Below, one piece after another: positions 6,185 to 14,160 of a stretch of 19,762 nt of DNA (position 1 is the first letter of the stretch; every line of letters starts with the position of its first letter). The DNA is taken from UHGV virus genome UHGV-0072739; one strand, written 5' to 3'. The position numbers were made by a program, and so were the translations under genes. This DNA is from a virus. Below the pieces are notes generated by a model, which ran no database searches, was not told the DNA's origin, and saw only the letters and a program-made list of their open reading frames with translations.

Positions 6185-7076
6185 CATATCTAATCTAGCC
6201 GAAGCCAGAGAGGCCAGAAGGCTACAACAACCGCATCAAAGCAGCGGTAAGGGGTATGCCTTGCTGCACCGTAAAATTATGGATGTGCCGTTTTACAAGG
6301 ATGCAGAAGCAGCGCATCTGTGGGTTCACTTAATCCTCAAAGCAAAGCATACGCCTGAGTATGTAATGACTGACGCAGGAGAAATTCTGGTAGGCAGAGG
6401 GAAGCTACTTGGCGGTAGAAACTCTCTGGCGTTTGAAACAGGACTCAAACCAGATCGCGTTCAGTACCTGCTTAGAAAGTTCAAAAAACTCGGCATGATT
6501 GACTGGGTTTCACACGGTAAATTCTCAGTTTTCTCGGTAGAGAAATATGACGATTATCAGTCAAATTTTGTACCAGCAGATTACCAGCAAATTACCACCT
6601 CAAAGCCAGCAATACCAATGCCTGTAAGCAATGCTGTACCAGCAGATTACCAGCAAATTACCACAGATAAAGAATATAATAATATTATCTCTAATACTGA
6701 CGTATTAGAGAGTGCCACAGCAGACAAAAAGTCTGACAAGAAAAAACCTTCCGTCAGCTGTCAGGATGTTGTCGATGCTTACCACGAAATCCTTCCTGAA
6801 GCTCCAAGAATCCGCGCACTGAATGACAAGCGTAAAAACCAGATCCGAACGTTCTGGCGCAAAGCCGGAGTGATAACCCGCCAGCTTGACGGGCATGGGT
6901 TCACGATGCAGGACTGGAGAAATTATTTGAGCTACGTTGGCGAAAATTGCCGATGGATGTTCGAAGAGCGCCCAAACCATCAACGCGGAACCGTCTGGCA
7001 CAAAAAGGGATTTGATTTCCTGCTTAACGATAATACCTACCTGAAAGTTCGTGAGGGTGAACACGATGACCGATAA
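6177..7076 (+). CDS. Replication initiator (lambda O-like): N-terminal DNA-binding domain, internal iteron-encoded linker
   Basis: 299 aa; AGGAG SD; the protein contains a tandem duplicated peptide [10 protein letters not shown] encoded by the iterons; followed by a helicase gene. Confidence 0.8.
   Translation: MSNISNLAEAREARRLQQPHQSSGKGYALLHRKIMDVPFYKDAEAAHLWVHLILKAKHTPEYVMTDAGEILVGRGKLLGGRNSLAFETGLKPDRVQYLLRKFKKLGMIDWVSHGKFSVFSVEKYDDYQSNFVPADYQQITTSKPAIPMPVSNAVPADYQQITTDKEYNNIISNTDVLESATADKKSDKKKPSVSCQDVVDAYHEILPEAPRIRALNDKRKNQIRTFWRKAGVITRQLDGHGFTMQDWRNYLSYVGENCRWMFEERPNHQRGTVWHKKGFDFLLNDNTYLKVREGEHDDR
6570..6710. repeat. Origin of replication: iterons plus AT-rich region inside the O-like gene
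   Basis: Two identical 29-bp direct repeats (6570-6598 and 6636-6664), each holding two ATTACCA cores 11 bp apart, followed by an AT-rich stretch (6665-6700). Confidence 0.6.
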
Positions 7077-8502
7077 TTTTTATGCGCCGCCCCATAGCAT
7101 CGAGGCAGAGCAGGCGGTGATTGGTGGATTGCTTCTGGATGATGACAGCAGTGAGCGCGTCCAGAAAGTTCTGGCGATGCTGAAGCCTGACTCATTTTAC
7201 AGCCGGCCACACAAAATCCTTTTCGAAGAAATAACCAGAATGCACCGGGAGCAAAAGCCAGTAGATGGCCTGACGCTTTTCGATGAACTGGAGCGTAAAT
7301 CGTTAATGGCGTCTGTTGGCGGTTTTGCTTATATCGCTGAGATCGCAAAGAACACGCCAAGCGCAGCAAACATCGTTGCCTATGCAATGCAGGTTCGTGA
7401 AACCGCAATGGAACGCTACGCCATCAACCGCATGACTGAAGCGACGGAATTGCTCTATTCCCGCAACGGAATGACTGCAACGCAGAAGTACGAAGCTATT
7501 CAGGCGATTTTCACGCAACTGACAGACCATGCAAAAACCGGATCGCGTCGCGGCCTTCGCTCATTTGGTGAGGTCATGGAAGACTGGGTTAGCGACCTTG
7601 AGAAGCGATTTGACCCGTCAGGCGAACAACGAGGAATGAGCACAGGGATCCCATCGCTGGACAGGATGCTGTCACCGAAAGGTCTGGTGAAAGGCTCTCT
7701 GTTTGTCATTGGCGCTCGCCCTAAGATGGGGAAAACGACGCTATACAGCCAGATGGCAATCAACTGCGCAGTGCATGAGAAAAAGCCCGCTCTGATGTTC
7801 AGCCTTGAAATGCCCGGTGACCAGATACTGGAAAAACTGGTAGGGCAGAAGTCTGGTGTTAACCCGAATATTTTTTACCTTCCGGCGACAAATGACGCTG
7901 ATGACGGCTATCAGGGTGATTACGATGGTGACTTCAACAGGGCGATCGAAACAGCCAATCGCTTGAGTGAAATCGACCTGCTTTACATCGACGACACGCC
8001 GGGATTATCTCTGGCTCAAATCGTCAGCGAAAGCCGTCGAATCAAGCGAGAAAAAGGATGTGTTGGCATGATTCTGGTCGATTACCTGACACTAATGACC
8101 GCTGAAAAGGCCGATCGCAACGACCTTGCTTACGGCATGATCACCAAAGGACTGAAGAACCTTGCCAAAGAGCTTGATTGCGTTGTTGTGCTTCTGACAC
8201 AGCTTAACCGCGCACTGGAAAGCCGAACCAATAAACGCCCATTACCAAGTGACTCACGAGATACAGGGCAGATTGAACAGGATTGCGATTATTGGGTGGG
8301 GATCCATCGTGAAGGTGCTTTTGATGACAGCGTTCCTCCTGGTGAAACCGAACTAATCCTTCGCCTCAATCGTCATGGCAATACCGGCACGGTGTATTGC
8401 ATTCAGGCAAATGGCGCTATTTATGACACAGACCAACAGTCTGCTGAAATGCGCCGCCGTGAACGTGAGGAACCGCAGTCCAAGAAGAAAGGAGGATTCT
8501 GA
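7066..8502 (+). CDS. DnaB-family replicative DNA helicase
   Basis: Start at ATG 7066 (MTDNFYAPP; GAGGGTGA SD); DnaB N-terminal signature (IEAEQAVIGGLLLD), Walker A GARPKMGKTT, RecA-like core. Confidence 0.9.
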   Translation: MTDNFYAPPHSIEAEQAVIGGLLLDDDSSERVQKVLAMLKPDSFYSRPHKILFEEITRMHREQKPVDGLTLFDELERKSLMASVGGFAYIAEIAKNTPSAANIVAYAMQVRETAMERYAINRMTEATELLYSRNGMTATQKYEAIQAIFTQLTDHAKTGSRRGLRSFGEVMEDWVSDLEKRFDPSGEQRGMSTGIPSLDRMLSPKGLVKGSLFVIGARPKMGKTTLYSQMAINCAVHEKKPALMFSLEMPGDQILEKLVGQKSGVNPNIFYLPATNDADDGYQGDYDGDFNRAIETANRLSEIDLLYIDDTPGLSLAQIVSESRRIKREKGCVGMILVDYLTLMTAEKADRNDLAYGMITKGLKNLAKELDCVVVLLTQLNRALESRTNKRPLPSDSRDTGQIEQDCDYWVGIHREGAFDDSVPPGETELILRLNRHGNTGTVYCIQANGAIYDTDQQSAEMRRREREEPQSKKKGGF

Positions 8503-8582
8503 TGACCATCTACATCACTGAGCTAATAACAGGCCTGCTGGTAATCGCAGGCCTTTTTATTTGGGGGAGAGGGAAGTCATGA
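8502..8582 (+). CDS. 26-aa hydrophobic peptide ORF (MTIYITELITGLLVIAGLFIWGRGKS)
   Basis: Strong SD (AAGGAGG, 6-nt spacer); start overlaps the helicase stop and stop overlaps the ninB start; the sequence also folds into a terminator-like hairpin, so coding status is uncertain. Confidence 0.25.
   Translation: MTIYITELITGLLVIAGLFIWGRGKS
8531..8562 (+). terminator. tR2-like rho-independent terminator between the replication and nin genes
   Basis: Perfect 8-bp stem AGGCCTGC/GCAGGCCT with an 8-nt loop, followed by TTTTTATTT. Confidence 0.45.
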
Positions 8583-9019
8583 AAAAACTAACCTTTGAAA
8601 TTCGATCTCCGGCACATCAGCAAAACGCTATTCACGCAGTACAGCAAATCCTTCCAGACCCAACCAAACCAATCGTAGTAACCATTCAGGAACGCAACCG
8701 CAGCTTAGACCAAAACAGGAAACTATGGGCCTGCTTAGGTGACGTCTCTCGTCAGGTTGAATGGCATGGGCGCTGGCTGGATGCAGAAAGCTGGAAGTGT
8801 GTGTTTACAGCAGCATTAAAGCAGCAGGACGTTGTTCCTAACCTTGCCGGGAATGGCTTTGTGGTAATAGGCCAGTCAACCAGCAGGATGCGAGTAAGCG
8901 AATTTGCGGAGCTATTAGAGCTTATACAGGCATTCGGTACAGAACGTGGCGTTAAGTGGTCAGACGAAGCGCGACTGGCTCTGGAGTGGAAAGCAAGATG
9001 GGGAGATCGGGCTGCATGA
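8579..9019 (+). CDS. ninB: NinB recombination protein (Orf family)
   Basis: 146 aa from MKKLTFEIRSPAHQQNAIHAV...; near-identical to lambda NinB as I recall it. Confidence 0.9.
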   Translation: MKKLTFEIRSPAHQQNAIHAVQQILPDPTKPIVVTIQERNRSLDQNRKLWACLGDVSRQVEWHGRWLDAESWKCVFTAALKQQDVVPNLAGNGFVVIGQSTSRMRVSEFAELLELIQAFGTERGVKWSDEARLALEWKARWGDRAA

Positions 9020-9543
9020 CTATCAAATCAAATACGCCAGCACACGACAAGGACTGCTGGCAAACGCCGCTTTGGCTTTTTGATGCACTGGATATTGAGT
9101 TTGGATTCTGGCTGGATTCGGCAGCGAGCGACAAAAATGCTCTGTGTGCTCACTGGCTAACTGAGGCCGACGACGCGCTAAATTCTGAGTGGATAAGCCA
9201 CGGTGCAATCTGGAATAACCCACCGTACAGCAATATCAGGCCGTGGGTGGAAAAAGCCGCTGAGCAGTGCATACAACAGCGACAGACGGTAGTGATGCTT
9301 GTGCCAGAGGATATGTCAGTCGGATGGTTCAGCAAGGCTCTGGAGAGTATTGACGAAGTTCGCATCATTACTGATGGACGGATTAATTTTATCGAACCAT
9401 CGACAGGGCTGGAGAAGAAGGGAAACAGCAAAGGTTCCATGTTGCTGATTTGGCGACCGTTCATCAGTCCTCGACGGATGTTTACTACCGTATCCAAAGC
9501 GGCATTGATGGCGATCGGGCAGGGCGTCAGGAGGGCGGCATGA
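9016..9543 (+). CDS. Phage-type DNA N6-adenine methyltransferase (Dam family)
   Basis: Start at ATG 9016 overlapping the ninB stop (ATGA); N-terminal [15 protein letters not shown] motif and catalytic NPPY motif (IWNNPPYSN). Confidence 0.85.
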   Translation: MTIKSNTPAHDKDCWQTPLWLFDALDIEFGFWLDSAASDKNALCAHWLTEADDALNSEWISHGAIWNNPPYSNIRPWVEKAAEQCIQQRQTVVMLVPEDMSVGWFSKALESIDEVRIITDGRINFIEPSTGLEKKGNSKGSMLLIWRPFISPRRMFTTVSKAALMAIGQGVRRAA

Positions 9544-9716
9544 GGCGACAGCGACGAAGCATCACCGACATAATCTGCGAAAACTGCAAATACCTTCCAA
9601 CGAAACGCTCCAGAAATAAACGCAAGCCAATCCCAAAAGAATCTGACGTAAAAACCTTCAATTACACAGCTCACCTGTGGGATATCCGGTGGCTAAGATA
9701 TCGTGCGAGGAAATGA
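9540..9716 (+). CDS. ninE: NinE
   Basis: 58 aa [22 protein letters not shown]...; matches lambda NinE; start overlaps the Dam stop. Confidence 0.85.
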   Translation: MRRQRRSITDIICENCKYLPTKRSRNKRKPIPKESDVKTFNYTAHLWDIRWLRYRARK

Positions 9717-9718
9717 CA

Positions 9719-10060
9719 ATGGATTATTCACAGTTAAGTGATTTTGAAATTAACAGAATGGTAGGAGACATAATTTTTAAAGGCCTTTGGGCAAGTAAAC
9801 CGGAAACATCAGGGAATAACACCAACAAATGGTATTACGGAAATGCTGATACAACTTTTGAGCCATTAAATCATTTGCCTGACTACTGCAATGATCCGAG
9901 CGCTTCATGGCCGATTATTGAGAAATACAGGATTTCTATCTTAGACCAGTTAACTGAATGGTGTGTGGATGCAAAAGGCGTAAGCCCAATATTTGATACC
10001 AGACCTCTCCGCGCCGCCATGATTGTCTTTCTCCTGATGCAGGAGGCCAATAATGCTTAG
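9719..10060 (+). CDS. Hypothetical nin-region protein (113 aa) between ninE and ninF
   Basis: Track ORF 9677..10060 with the start placed at the second ATG (MDYSQLSDF), which has a GAGGA SD at suitable spacing; no family recognised. Confidence 0.6.
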   Translation: MDYSQLSDFEINRMVGDIIFKGLWASKPETSGNNTNKWYYGNADTTFEPLNHLPDYCNDPSASWPIIEKYRISILDQLTEWCVDAKGVSPIFDTRPLRAAMIVFLLMQEANNA

Positions 10061-10229
10061 CCCATCTCAATCCATTCAATACCAGAAAGAAAGCGTCGAG
10101 CGAGCTTTAACGTGCGCTAACTGCGGTCAGAAGCTGCATGTGCTGGAAGTTCACGTGTTCTCCGATTGCTGCGCAGAACTGATGAGCGATCCGAATAGCT
10201 CAATGTACGAGGAAGAAGACGATGAATGA
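10053..10229 (+). CDS. ninF: NinF
   Basis: Hand-translated 58-aa [61 protein letters not shown]; AGGAGG SD; matches lambda NinF. Confidence 0.8.
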   Translation: MLSPSQSIQYQKESVERALTCANCGQKLHVLEVHVFSDCCAELMSDPNSSMYEEEDDE

Positions 10230-10944
10230 GTTAATAAATGGCAATGCCATCAAAATGACAAGCATTGAAATCGCTGAGTTGGTGGGAAGTCGTCCAGATA
10301 ACGTAAAAATATCAATAGAGCGCCTGGCTAAATCTGGAGTTATTCAACTTCCTGCATTGCAGGTTTTCGAAAAAATCAATAACTTAGGACTGCGACGTAG
10401 TGTCGAGGCTTACGTCTTCGAAGGCGAACAAGGTAAGCGCGACAGCATTATTGTCGTCGCTCAGTTGTCGCCGGAATTCACCGCTCGTCTTGTTGACCGT
10501 TGGCGAGAGCTTGAAGAAGCTGCGGTTAATATCCCCAAAACGCTACCAGAAGCGTTGCGCCTTGCTGCTGATCTTGCTGAGCAGAAAATGCAACTGGAAA
10601 ACCAGCTCGCAATTGCCGCACCTAAAGTTGAGTTTGCCGATCGCGTTGGCGAGGCCAGCGGAATTTTGATTGGAAACTTTGCAAAGGTTGTTGGAATTGG
10701 TCCAAACAAACTGTTTGCGTGGATGCGCGATCACAAAATCCTTATTGCTTCAGGTTCCCGGCGCAATGTGCCAATGCAGGAATATATGGATCGCGGCTAT
10801 TTCACAGTGAAAGAAACAGCGGTCAACACAAATCACGGAATACAGATATCGTTCACCACAAAAATCACCGGGCGTGGTCAACAGTGGCTGACCAGAAAGC
10901 TGCTCGATAACGGAATGCTGAAAGTAACCGGGGAGGCTGCTTAA
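10222..10944 (+). CDS. Phage antirepressor (Rha-like N-terminal domain, KilA-C/Ant C-terminal domain)
   Basis: 240 aa; N-terminal SIEIAELVGSRPDNV typical of Rha-family regulators; C-terminal KVEFADRVGEASGILIGNFAKVVGIGPNKLFAWMRDHKIL typical of the antirepressor C-terminal domain. Confidence 0.8.
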   Translation: MNELINGNAIKMTSIEIAELVGSRPDNVKISIERLAKSGVIQLPALQVFEKINNLGLRRSVEAYVFEGEQGKRDSIIVVAQLSPEFTARLVDRWRELEEAAVNIPKTLPEALRLAADLAEQKMQLENQLAIAAPKVEFADRVGEASGILIGNFAKVVGIGPNKLFAWMRDHKILIASGSRRNVPMQEYMDRGYFTVKETAVNTNHGIQISFTTKITGRGQQWLTRKLLDNGMLKVTGEAA

Positions 10945-11234
10945 TGGCTAACCTACGCAAAGAAGCGCGCGGCAGAGAATGCCAGGTACGTATTTACGGC
11001 GTATGCAATGGCAACCCTGAAACTACAGTTCTGGCACATTACCGGATGGCTGGAATTTGCGGAACGGGAATGAAGCCTGACGACCTGATCGGCGCATGGG
11101 CTTGTAGTGACTGCCACGCGGAGATCGACCGACGCACCCATAACCTCGACAACAAAGACGCCAGACTTTATCACCTCGAAGGCGTGATCAGGACGCAGGC
11201 GATCCTGCTGAAGGAGGGGAAGATTAAGCCATGA
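10944..11234 (+). CDS. YbcO-like protein (DUF1364 family, Cys/His-rich, putative nuclease)
   Basis: 96 aa, MANLRKEARGRECQVRIYGVCNGNPETTVLAHYR...; resembles E. coli DLP12 YbcO, which also sits immediately upstream of rusA. Confidence 0.7.
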   Translation: MANLRKEARGRECQVRIYGVCNGNPETTVLAHYRMAGICGTGMKPDDLIGAWACSDCHAEIDRRTHNLDNKDARLYHLEGVIRTQAILLKEGKIKP

Positions 11235-11593
11235 ACGAATATCAGTTTGTGCTTCCTTACCCGCCGTCGGTGAACACCTACTGGCGAAGACGGGGAAGCC
11301 AATACTACATCAGCGATAAAGGCCAGAAATACCGAAAAGACGTTCAGAAAATCATCAACCAACTCAAGTTAGATATTTTCACCAAATCACGACTCCGCAT
11401 CAAAGTAATCGCAGACGTTCCAGACTCCCGCCGCCGCGACCTCGATAACATCCTGAAAGGTTTACTCGACTCCCTTATCCACGCCGGATTTGCGGAAGAC
11501 GACGAGCAATTCGATGACATTCGCGTAATTCGTGGTGTGAAAGTACCAGGCGGACGGCTTGGAATAAAAATCACCGAACTGGAGAACGTATGA
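11231..11593 (+). CDS. rusA: RusA Holliday-junction resolvase
   Basis: 120 aa; conserved RusA motifs (PPS.N.YWRRR, DVPDSRRRDLDNILKGLLDSL, GGRLGIKITEL). Confidence 0.9.
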   Translation: MNEYQFVLPYPPSVNTYWRRRGSQYYISDKGQKYRKDVQKIINQLKLDIFTKSRLRIKVIADVPDSRRRDLDNILKGLLDSLIHAGFAEDDEQFDDIRVIRGVKVPGGRLGIKITELENV

Positions 11594-11778
11594 ACGCCAC
11601 AATTCAAACGATACCAGAGCTTCTTATCCAGACACGAGGCAATCAGACCGAAGTGGCGAGGATGCTTTCCTGTGCAAGAGGAACAGTGCTCAAGTACAAC
11701 CGAGACAGCAAAGGTGAGCGTCACGTAATAGTTAACGGCGTCCTGATGGTCAAACAGGGCAGGAGAGGAAGACGATGA
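11590..11778 (+). CDS. ninH: NinH
   Basis: 62 aa; GNQTEVARMLSCARGTVLKY...IVNGVLMV matches lambda NinH. Confidence 0.8.
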   Translation: MNATIQTIPELLIQTRGNQTEVARMLSCARGTVLKYNRDSKGERHVIVNGVLMVKQGRRGRR

Positions 11779-12398
11779 GACTCGAAAGCGTAGCTAAATT
11801 TCATTCGCCAAAAAGCCCGATGATGAGTGACTCACCACGGGCTACGGCTTCTGACTCTCTTTCCGGTACCGATGTGATGGCTGCTATGGGGATGGCGCAA
11901 TCACAAGCAGGATTCGGAATGGCTGCATTCTGCGGTAAGCACGAACTCAGCCAGAACGACAAACAAAAGGCTATCAACTATCTGATGCAATTTGCACACA
12001 AGGTATCGGGGAAATACCGTGGTGTGGCAAAGCTCGAAGGAAATACTAAGGCAAAGGTACTGCAAGTGCTCGCAACATTCGCTTATGCGGATTATTGCCG
12101 TAGTGCCGCGACGCCGGGGGCAAGATGCAGAGATTGCCACGGTACAGGTCGTGCGGTTGATATAGCAAAAACAGAGCAGTGGGGGAGAGTTGTTGAGAAA
12201 GAGTGCGGAAGATGCAAAGGTGTCGGCTATTCAAGAATGCCAGCAAGCGCCGCATATCGCGCTGTAACGATGCTAATCCCAAACCTTACCCAACCCACCT
12301 GGTCACGCACTGTTAAGCCGCTGTATGACGCTCTGGTCGTGCAATGCCACAAGGAAGAGTCAATCGCAGACAACATTTTGAATGAGGTCACACGTTAA
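11775..12398 (+). CDS. Q: Q late-gene antiterminator (lambda type)
   Basis: 207 aa, essentially identical to lambda Q as I recall it, including the zinc-finger CRDCHGTG...CGRCKG. Confidence 0.95.
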   Translation: MRLESVAKFHSPKSPMMSDSPRATASDSLSGTDVMAAMGMAQSQAGFGMAAFCGKHELSQNDKQKAINYLMQFAHKVSGKYRGVAKLEGNTKAKVLQVLATFAYADYCRSAATPGARCRDCHGTGRAVDIAKTEQWGRVVEKECGRCKGVGYSRMPASAAYRAVTMLIPNLTQPTWSRTVKPLYDALVVQCHKEESIADNILNEVTR

Positions 12399-12440
12399 CA
12401 GCATGATTGCCACGGATGGCAACATCTTTACGGCATGATA

Positions 12441-12480
12441 TTGACTTTTTGAATGAAGTTGGGTAAATTTGACCCAACGA
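12441..12480 (+). promoter_or_regulatory. pR' late promoter with qut site
   Basis: TTGACT (12441-12446), 17-nt spacer, TAAATT (12464-12469); flanking sequence closely matches lambda pR'/qut (TTGGGTAAATTTGAC.CAACGATGG). Confidence 0.7.
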
Positions 12481-12504
12481 TGGATAAATGCACTCGTTAA
12501 ATAA

Positions 12505-12540
12505 AGCCCTGAGTTAATAGCTCGGGGCTTTTTGCGTTTT
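12505..12540 (+). terminator. tR'-like rho-independent terminator close to pR'
   Basis: 9-bp stem (AGCCCTGAG/CTCGGGGCT, one G.U pair) with a 6-7-nt loop, followed by TTTTTGCGTTTT; lies about 30-60 nt downstream of the predicted start. Confidence 0.6.
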
Positions 12541-12810
12541 AATCACGACCTTTCTGAAAGCACATCAAACCAAATACCAGACAGACAAAAATAATCACCT
12601 TATCCGCTGTGGCTACGGTGCGGTGTGCTTTGCATAAAAGAAAACCAGCGCAATGGCTGGCTTCGTGAAAGCGGGTGGCAAGAGGTTGCGCTAACAACCT
12701 CCTGCCGTTTTGCCCGTGCATATCGGTCACGAACAAATCTGATTACTAAACACAGTAGCCTGGATTTGTTCTATCAGTAATCGACCTTATTCCTAATTAA
12801 ATAGAGCAAA

Positions 12811-12840
12811 TCCCCTTATTGGGGGTAAGACATGAAGATG
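12811..12840 (+). promoter_or_regulatory. sdi stem-loop and dual-start motif of the S holin gene
   Basis: Hairpin TCCCC-TTATT-GGGGG immediately upstream of ATG-AAG-ATG (Met1 and Met3), the lambda S107/S105 arrangement. Confidence 0.6.
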
Positions 12841-13155
12841 CCAGAAAAACATGACCTTTTAGCCGCCATTCTCGCGGCAAAGGAACAAGGCATCGGGGCA
12901 ATCCTTGCGTTTGCAATGGCGTACCTTCGCGGCAGATATAATGGCGGTGCGTTTACAAAAACAGTAATCGACGCAACGATGTGCGCCATTATCGCCTGGT
13001 TCATTCGTGACCTTCTCGACTTCGCCGGACTAAGTAGCAATCTCGCTTATATAACGAGCGTGTTCATCGGCTACATCGGTACTGACTCGATTGGTTCGCT
13101 TATCAAACGCTTCGCTGCTAAAAAAGCCGGAGTAGAAGATGGTGGAAATCAATAA
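12832..13155 (+). CDS. S: Holin S (class I, dual start)
   Basis: 107 aa [39 protein letters not shown]..., matching lambda S. Confidence 0.95.
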   Translation: MKMPEKHDLLAAILAAKEQGIGAILAFAMAYLRGRYNGGAFTKTVIDATMCAIIAWFIRDLLDFAGLSSNLAYITSVFIGYIGTDSIGSLIKRFAAKKAGVEDGGNQ

Positions 13156-13615
13156 TCAACGTAAGGCGTTCCTCGATATGCTGGCATGGTCAGAAGGAAC
13201 GGATAACGGGCGACAACCGACACGTAACCACGGTTATGATGTTATTGTTGGTGGCGAACTGTTCACTGATTACTCCGATCACCCTCGCAAACTTGTCACG
13301 CTAAACCCAAAACTCAAATCAACAGCCGCCGGACGTTACCAGCTTCTTTCACGCTGGTGGGATGCTTACCGTAAACAGCTTGGCCTGAAAGATTTTTCTC
13401 CAGAAAGCCAGGACGCTGTAGCTCTGCAGCAGATTAAAGAGCGTGGTGCTTTACCGATGATTGACCGCGGCAGTATTCGTCAGGCAATCGACCGTTGCAG
13501 CAATATCTGGGCGTCGTTACCTGGTGCAGGTTACGGTCAGTATGAACATAAAATCGGTGACCTGATTGCCCGATTTAAAAAAGCTGGTGGGGTAGTAAAT
13601 GAAGCTGAGATATAA
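13139..13615 (+). CDS. R: Endolysin R (lytic transglycosylase, lambda type)
   Basis: 158 aa [26 protein letters not shown]..., matching lambda R; start overlaps the end of S. Confidence 0.95.
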   Translation: MVEINNQRKAFLDMLAWSEGTDNGRQPTRNHGYDVIVGGELFTDYSDHPRKLVTLNPKLKSTAAGRYQLLSRWWDAYRKQLGLKDFSPESQDAVALQQIKERGALPMIDRGSIRQAIDRCSNIWASLPGAGYGQYEHKIGDLIARFKKAGGVVNEAEI

Positions 13616-13991
13616 GCTGGTTATTGTTGCCTTCGTTGTTACCGTCATTGGTTCCTTCATCTGGTCTGCTGGGCATTACTACAGCAAATATCAGCACGAA
13701 AAGGAGCGTGCTGATGAGGCTGTACGAAATGCTGAATCAGCAACTGCCATTACCCGTAACGTTCTGCAATCACTGCAAATCATCAATACAGTTATAGAGG
13801 CTAACCAGCATGCAAAAGAGCAGATCGCACTGGACGCATCGGGAGCCTCGGCTGATATCCGGGTTGCTGTTGCGAATGATGATTGCACTAATCGCCATGT
13901 CCCTGCTGGCGCAGTTAAGCGGCTGCAACAATTCGCGAACGGTCTACGTCAAAGTGCCGGTAGTCCCGTTACCGGCCAGCCTGACGGCTGA
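13599..13991 (+). CDS. Rz-like inner-membrane spanin (i-spanin), not lambda type
   Basis: 130 aa; N-terminal transmembrane helix (LVIVAFVVTVIGSFIW) followed by a charged helical region; GGTGGGG SD; start overlaps the end of R. Confidence 0.7.
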   Translation: MKLRYKLVIVAFVVTVIGSFIWSAGHYYSKYQHEKERADEAVRNAESATAITRNVLQSLQIINTVIEANQHAKEQIALDASGASADIRVAVANDDCTNRHVPAGAVKRLQQFANGLRQSAGSPVTGQPDG

Positions 13992-14133
13992 CACCCCGCA
14001 ACCGGAAATCCCTGACAACCTGACGTGGGGCCAGAGCCTAGATTTAAACGTCAGTCTCCTATCAGCGCTTGGGCAGTGCAACCGGGATAAGGCAGATATT
14101 AGGCAAGCTGTAAAGAAACAAGCGGGCCAATAA
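13876..14133 (+). CDS. Rz1-like outer-membrane lipoprotein spanin (o-spanin), overlapping the 3' end of Rz in another frame
   Basis: Internal start of track ORF 13810..14133 at MMIALIAMSLLAQLSGC (signal peptide plus lipobox LSGC); Pro-rich mature region. Confidence 0.6.
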   Translation: MMIALIAMSLLAQLSGCNNSRTVYVKVPVVPLPASLTADTPQPEIPDNLTWGQSLDLNVSLLSALGQCNRDKADIRQAVKKQAGQ

Positions 14134-14160
14134 GCCCGCACTTATGGAGGATTCAAAATG

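Noticed and set aside
7037-7763. Reverse-strand ORFs (7037..7408, 7303..7530, 7500..7763) inside the helicase and initiator genes
   Set aside because: They are antisense to well-supported genes, have no SD and their products are low-complexity and Arg/Cys/Ser-rich, typical of spurious antisense frames.
9023-9674. Reverse-strand ORFs (for example 9150..9674, 174 aa) antisense to the Dam methyltransferase
   Set aside because: They overlap a gene with clear catalytic motifs on the other strand and have no start context.
12539-12736. 65-aa reverse-strand ORF between tR' and S
   Set aside because: It overlaps the S leader, which matches the noncoding lambda sequence; there is no SD and the product is odd and hydrophobic.
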